A DNA stretch of 62,969 nucleotides, counting the filler. It is 5 parts of 5 records of this genome, joined end to end, with 100 filler letters (N's around TTAATTAATTAA, not from the genome) between each part and the next. Parts side by side here need not be neighbours in the genome. Positions count along the whole stretch, not along the records: positions 57,687 to 62,969 come from SRR31156797_25174; 4 more parts are not named here. One strand, written 5' to 3'. Within the stretch, counting starts at the first letter, position 1. Each line of letters starts with the position of its first letter. The notes beneath the pieces were generated by a model. It was not told the origin of the DNA. It saw nothing but the letters and a program-made list of their open reading frames with translations, and ran no database searches. A program made the translations under genes and the position numbers. Of this stretch, positions 58,545-62,969 are shown in pieces.

Positions 58545-60077
58545 TTATTCCTTGCCAGGCTTGCCAGACTCATGGAAAACCTGGGCGCTGAAGCTGAATA
58601 AACGTGCTTGCTTCCCATTCCAGGCGTCCGGCGGCAGGCCTGCTTTAAGGCAGGTGGATTCAAGGAATTCCTGCCTGTTCCAGCCCTGTTCCACCGGGAC
58701 CTGCGGCAAAAGCAAGCCTTGTGCGCCGCCATGAACGATAAGCAGGCCGTGAGTTCCTATTTTTATATCATTAACATCGGTAACCTGTTCAAAAGGCGTC
58801 AGCACTGATATTTCCACTTCGACTTTGTTAAATTCCGATTTACTCAAAGGATGGAATCGCGGGTCGTGGAAGGCTGCGGCCAGGGCCATGGAAGCAATCG
58901 TTTCGGGCAGAGGCTGGTCGGAAACAAGGCGTCCGATGCATCCGCGCAAATGCCCGTTTATTTTTAAGGTGACAAAGGCGCCTCGTGAAACCATCAGGCT
59001 TTCGGGCATGTTTTGCGGAACGAAAACCGTATCATTAAATTTGGCGGAAATGGCCTGCCTGGCGATATCTAACAGTCTCTTCTGATCGGCCGGCTTCAGG
59101 CCCGGATCGACGCCGGTTTTTATGCCCGCGGACTTATCTTTTTCAGGTATGGTGAGAACCGCGGAAAGATATCCCACGACCCTGGAGTTGTCTCCGGTCA
59201 CGTCTCCGGAATGGGCGTAATTCAGAATTGTGGATTTGGAGGCGCCAAGCTTTTGAGCGGCCATCATGACCGTGACCAGGGCCGATCCGCCGCAGGCTTC
59301 GAATTCACCTTCCACAAGTCCCTGGTGCAGTTTTTCCGGGGTAAAATTCCGGACGTGTTGAATCAGCTCTTTATCCAAAAGGCGAGCCTTTTTTCCCGAA
59401 TGGAAATGGGAAAGATCGGTGCTGCATAATAGGAGAATTTCAGGATCCGCGGCTGCGTCAGCTAAAACCTCGGCCAGGGCCCGGCAGGTTTCCAAATCGT
59501 GGGAGCCCATAAGCAGGGGCACGATCTTTACATTGCCCAGAACTGTTTGAAGAAAAGGCATTTCAATTTCCAGGCAGTGTTCTTCCTCATGAACTTCAGG
59601 ATGACCGGCTATTAAACCTTTTCCTTTTTCTTTGATGCGCCCCGCCAATTCAAGATCGACGTCCAATCGGCCCATGGGGGTCTCGTAATTCTGCATGTTC
59701 AGGGACACTCCCTGGAATCTGCCCCTATGGCTCGGCCCGACCAGTATAACGGTCTTGAATTCACCCATTTTTAGCAGTGAAAAAGCATGGGCCGCCACCT
59801 GGCCGGAATATACGTAACCGGCATGGGGAACGATCAGGGCCTTGATTTGTCCTTTGGGCCCGGCCGGTGAAACATTGGTCATAAAGCCATTTATCATTTT
59901 GGATAGTTCAGCCTTGTCGCCCGGGTACCAGTATCCGGCCAGTGGGGAAGGCCTTGTGGGCAGGTCTGTTGAAAAAGCCGGGCCGCATAACAATATAATA
60001 AGTACAAAGGATAGTGATGATATACAGGCATGTTTGGAATAACGCCTGATCAAAAAAAAGACTTTTGGGGCGGCCAT
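58545..60077 (-). CDS. Fused AmmeMemoRadiSam protein B (Memo) and protein A (AMMECR1)
   Basis: AGYWYP, PHAGYVYSG, GPSH, EHCLE, TDLSH; GAFVTL..LRGCIG, DPRF, EISVL, LLLPQV; hydrophobic N-terminal segment. Confidence 0.92.
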   Translation of the reverse strand: MAAPKVFFLIRRYSKHACISSLSFVLIILLCGPAFSTDLPTRPSPLAGYWYPGDKAELSKMINGFMTNVSPAGPKGQIKALIVPHAGYVYSGQVAAHAFSLLKMGEFKTVILVGPSHRGRFQGVSLNMQNYETPMGRLDVDLELAGRIKEKGKGLIAGHPEVHEEEHCLEIEMPFLQTVLGNVKIVPLLMGSHDLETCRALAEVLADAAADPEILLLCSTDLSHFHSGKKARLLDKELIQHVRNFTPEKLHQGLVEGEFEACGGSALVTVMMAAQKLGASKSTILNYAHSGDVTGDNSRVVGYLSAVLTIPEKDKSAGIKTGVDPGLKPADQKRLLDIARQAISAKFNDTVFVPQNMPESLMVSRGAFVTLKINGHLRGCIGRLVSDQPLPETIASMALAAAFHDPRFHPLSKSEFNKVEVEISVLTPFEQVTDVNDIKIGTHGLLIVHGGAQGLLLPQVPVEQGWNRQEFLESTCLKAGLPPDAWNGKQARLFSFSAQVFHESGKPGKE

Positions 60078-60081
60078 GATT

Positions 60082-61755
60082 TTATTTCTCCCCGCTGCTT
60101 TTTCGCGGCAGCAAAATACGGTTTGACGATGAACGGGTTTCACCGACCGAATTTACATATACGGCCGGGCGGCCCTGCACGGGGCATTTGTTGGAGCACA
60201 CTCCGCACCCCACGCAACGTGACAGGTTTACCTGGGGAACCATGAGCTTTTGAGATTTTTCCTTGTCAGTCGCCACTTCCATTGGCGTCAGGAAAATTGC
60301 CTTGGGTGATGTCGGACAGACTTCCTCGCAGACAAGGCAAGGCCCCTGGCCTGACCAGGGAAGACAGCGCCCCCGGTCGAAAAATGACGAACCGATGACA
60401 ATGGGGGTTTCGGTTTTTTCTTTACCGGTAATAAGCCGTATGGCGCCTGTAGGGCAGACGCTGGAACAGAGAGTGCAGGAGTATTCGCAATATCCCAAGT
60501 TGAAATCCAGGTACGGCGTCCAAATGCCTTCCACTCCGGCTTCCATCAGTGTGGGGCTGAGCACGTTTGTGGGGCAGACCCGCATACACAGCCCGCAGCG
60601 GACGCATTTTTTTAGAAATTCTTTTTCGTCAATGGAACCCGGAGGCCGGACCAGTTCAGACAACGGTTTATCCGGCGAAGCCTTTGAAGAACGGGCCATT
60701 CCCACGAAGAAAAAGCTTCCGGCCAGGGAAGCCAGCACGGTCCTTCTGCCTATATCCGGGGCGTCGCTGTGACCGGACGGCGAAGGTTTCGGGCTGCCGG
60801 CCTGAAATTTGAATTTAAGCGCATCATGGGGACAGACGGCCTGGCAGTTGAAGCAGAGATGGCATTCGCTCCGCAGCCATGGGTCTTCAGGATGGGGATT
60901 GCAGGCGCCCGGACAGTCGGCGCGGCAGAGGCCGCAGTCCGTGCAAAGGTCGGGATCCTTGGTCAAGTTGAGGATGCTGTATCTGTTGAACAGACCAAGC
61001 AACGCTCCGAGAGGGCACAGGTTGCGGCAAAAGAACCTGGGGCTTCTTTTATTTATTATCAGAATAAGGATAAATAGAAGGCCGAACAGGAAACCTCCCT
61101 TGTAAGCCAGGAAACCCGGACCGAAAATACGGTTTAAAAGCATTGGACCCATGTACCCCAGGTAACCGATGGGTTTGGGCTGATCGGCCAGAAAGGATGA
61201 GGCTGAGCCGACAAGGGAGCCCAGACCCGGGAAAATGGAAAGCGCCAACCCTCGGTACATAAATGAAATCGGGTCAAGCAGGCCGGATTGATTGGAGCCT
61301 AAAACAGCGGCCAAAAGGGCGAAGGCCAGGAGATAATACTTTAATTTCTGCCCGGATCCGGGTTTGTTGCGACCGGCTTTTTCCTTGAGCGGGTCTTTGC
61401 GGCCGGTTTGAACAAAAATTTGGTTGAAGGCGCCGAAAGGGCATATGAAGCCGCAAAAAAACCGCCCCAGGAAGATCACTCCCAAAAGGACAGCCAGGGA
61501 AATGAGCAGGGAGGGTTTGAGGGTCCAGCCGGAAAGCATTGTGCTGAGCCCGACCAGGGGATCTAAGTCGAAAAATAGCGATACAGGCGAAGAGAGTCTG
61601 AGGTCCTGGCCTGTTGCTTCGATATAACCGGCCGGGCCGGCGCCCGGGGGCGCCTGGGCCGCGGCCGTCAATATGAGAAAAAGGATGAGGAAACCGGCTT
61701 GGATAATTCTCCTGAAGCCCCGCCAGCCGCTGAATATTTTTCTTATGCGTTTCAA
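60082..61755 (-). CDS. Membrane polyferredoxin (NapH/MauN-like TM part fused to a MauM/NapG-like 4Fe-4S part)
   Basis: GRFFCGFICPFG, FCRNLCPLG, several CxxCxxCxxxCP motifs, RPPG; internal GRRTVLASL. Confidence 0.88.
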   Translation of the reverse strand: MKRIRKIFSGWRGFRRIIQAGFLILFLILTAAAQAPPGAGPAGYIEATGQDLRLSSPVSLFFDLDPLVGLSTMLSGWTLKPSLLISLAVLLGVIFLGRFFCGFICPFGAFNQIFVQTGRKDPLKEKAGRNKPGSGQKLKYYLLAFALLAAVLGSNQSGLLDPISFMYRGLALSIFPGLGSLVGSASSFLADQPKPIGYLGYMGPMLLNRIFGPGFLAYKGGFLFGLLFILILIINKRSPRFFCRNLCPLGALLGLFNRYSILNLTKDPDLCTDCGLCRADCPGACNPHPEDPWLRSECHLCFNCQAVCPHDALKFKFQAGSPKPSPSGHSDAPDIGRRTVLASLAGSFFFVGMARSSKASPDKPLSELVRPPGSIDEKEFLKKCVRCGLCMRVCPTNVLSPTLMEAGVEGIWTPYLDFNLGYCEYSCTLCSSVCPTGAIRLITGKEKTETPIVIGSSFFDRGRCLPWSGQGPCLVCEEVCPTSPKAIFLTPMEVATDKEKSQKLMVPQVNLSRCVGCGVCSNKCPVQGRPAVYVNSVGETRSSSNRILLPRKSSGEK

Positions 61756-62717
61756 AGTTCTATTCGGGTAATGAGGTTGGGTTCAGGGTTGATTTTTCCC
61801 AATCCGGTTTTTTCGCCGATTGTTAAAAATGGGAGTTCTTTCGGGTTCAGGTCGAAAAGATGGGCCGCGGCGGCATCCACGGCTACGGGATCGACGCCGG
61901 CTATTATGGCGTCCTTTTCCTTTACATCGGACATCCTGCCGCCGGACGGCCCGTTACGGATCATGATCCGGGTGGCGTCGACAATAGTCAGGGTCGGATC
62001 GAAAAATGCGGCCAAATCGACGATGGTCTGGTGAATATCCTGGTGAAGGGCGCCCCGGCTTCCTCCGACAGCGCCAATCCAGCCTTTGATGCCTATGGTA
62101 ACTCTGGAAAGGCTGTGATGCTTGGCCACGGGCATGTTTATCAGTTTGTCCGCTTCAATTATGGGGGTGTATACTTTCCATTCCTCGATCCTGGCGCCGC
62201 CGATATACATTTTTTTGAAAAGGCCCGAATCCGGATAGACCAGAATTGCGCCGCTTTCCTTTGCCGCGCGATCCATTCCGCAGTTAATAAAAACGCGCCT
62301 GGCGTCATTTATGGTGTGGTCGACAAGTTTTACTTTGGAAGCTCCTGCATCCAGGCACATGTTGACTACTGTTTTAACGACATTTGGATTGGTGTTGGCG
62401 GCCAGGGCGGCCGGCCTGTCCCATGACATATTGGGTTTTATAACTACAACGTCTCCCCTGGAAATGAATTTCTCCAGGCCGCCCAATTCGGCCAGGGCCT
62501 GCCTGACCAGGGCGTCGTGGTTTTTACCCTTGGCAATTACCAGTTTGTCGGATGCGCCTTTGACTCTAAAATGGCTTTTCCACGTTTTTACCTTATTCTG
62601 CGCGCCGACCGGGGCGCGGTCATACAAAACGCCGTAAAATCCCGCGGTCAGGCAGGCGGCGCCGCCAAGTTTCGCCAGGCGAATCATGGCTTCCCGGCGA
62701 GTCTGGTCGTTGGACAT
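61752..62717 (-). CDS. DUF362-family protein with twin-arginine-like N-terminus
   Basis: TRREAMIRL; LGGLEKFISRGDVVVIKPN, NTNP, PVAKHH, DPVAVDA; GGAGG before ATG 62717. Confidence 0.85.
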   Translation of the reverse strand: MSNDQTRREAMIRLAKLGGAACLTAGFYGVLYDRAPVGAQNKVKTWKSHFRVKGASDKLVIAKGKNHDALVRQALAELGGLEKFISRGDVVVIKPNMSWDRPAALAANTNPNVVKTVVNMCLDAGASKVKLVDHTINDARRVFINCGMDRAAKESGAILVYPDSGLFKKMYIGGARIEEWKVYTPIIEADKLINMPVAKHHSLSRVTIGIKGWIGAVGGSRGALHQDIHQTIVDLAAFFDPTLTIVDATRIMIRNGPSGGRMSDVKEKDAIIAGVDPVAVDAAAAHLFDLNPKELPFLTIGEKTGLGKINPEPNLITRIEL

Positions 62718-62946
62718 TTCTCGGCCTCCATTAAGTTTTGGAACGATTCCATTGTACCACATAGGGCTGTTTCTTGCACCAGAGGATCAATGGTAAGGGC
62801 TTCATAATTTGAAAAGAATTTGTAAATTTTTCAAGCCCTGCATATGTCTGTCTGCATACTATAGAAACTTGACATTCATTAGGAGCGGCCCATTGGTCAA
62901 ATTCACGCGATAATTTTGTAAAAGGGTAAAAGATGGCAACCTGATT

Positions 62947-62969
62947 GTAGGGGCGGTTCGCGAACCGCC
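62947..62969 (+). repeat. GTAG-type REP element at the window end
   Basis: GTAG followed by the palindrome GGCGGTTCGCGAACCGCC. Confidence 0.65.

Overview
This is not one locus. Five contigs are joined by artificial 100-bp spacers (44 N + TTAATTAATTAA + 44 N at 8859-8958, 26677-26776, 44897-44996, 57587-57686). They differ in codon style and probably come from more than one anaerobic organism, mostly Desulfobacterota-like. Contig 1 (1-8858) is a flagellar filament locus: a giant flagellin carrying about 20 tandem 36-37-aa repeats built from hexapeptides, then fliD, fliS, a FliT-like gene, fliW, csrA, an unannotated flgL pseudogene remnant and a LegB-like dehydratase. Contig 2 (8959-26676) holds the main result, a co-directional ~16.7-kb DeoR-associated locus. 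It couples a sugar ABC importer and the DHAP-shunt enzymes (MtnK kinase, MtnA isomerase, class II aldolase) to a bacterial microcompartment (BMC): 4 BMC-H, 1 BMC-T, 1 BMC-P, acylating aldehyde dehydrogenase, PduL and Fe-ADH. A CoA-disulfide-reductase-family flavoprotein, an atypical CoA-transferase-like pair and a FucU/RbsD mutarotase follow. I infer a metabolosome for 5-deoxyribose / 5-methylthioribose (SAM by-products); the aldolase, aldehyde dehydrogenase and PduL carry encapsulation-peptide-like helices. Contig 3 (26777-44896) has an MCP, a hopanoid cluster (hpnG, hpnH, two unknown envelope genes, hpnN, hpnO, ispH), an RND pump with TetR, an isochorismatase and a partial relA/spoT. Contig 4 (44997-57586) has a TetR-TRAP-enoyl-CoA hydratase-CoA ligase operon with twin operators, ftsY, a GGDEF protein and a PPi-PFK. 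Contig 5 (57687-62969) is an AmmeMemoRadiSam operon whose products carry export-signal-like sequences. All calls come from motif recognition by eye; no searches were run.
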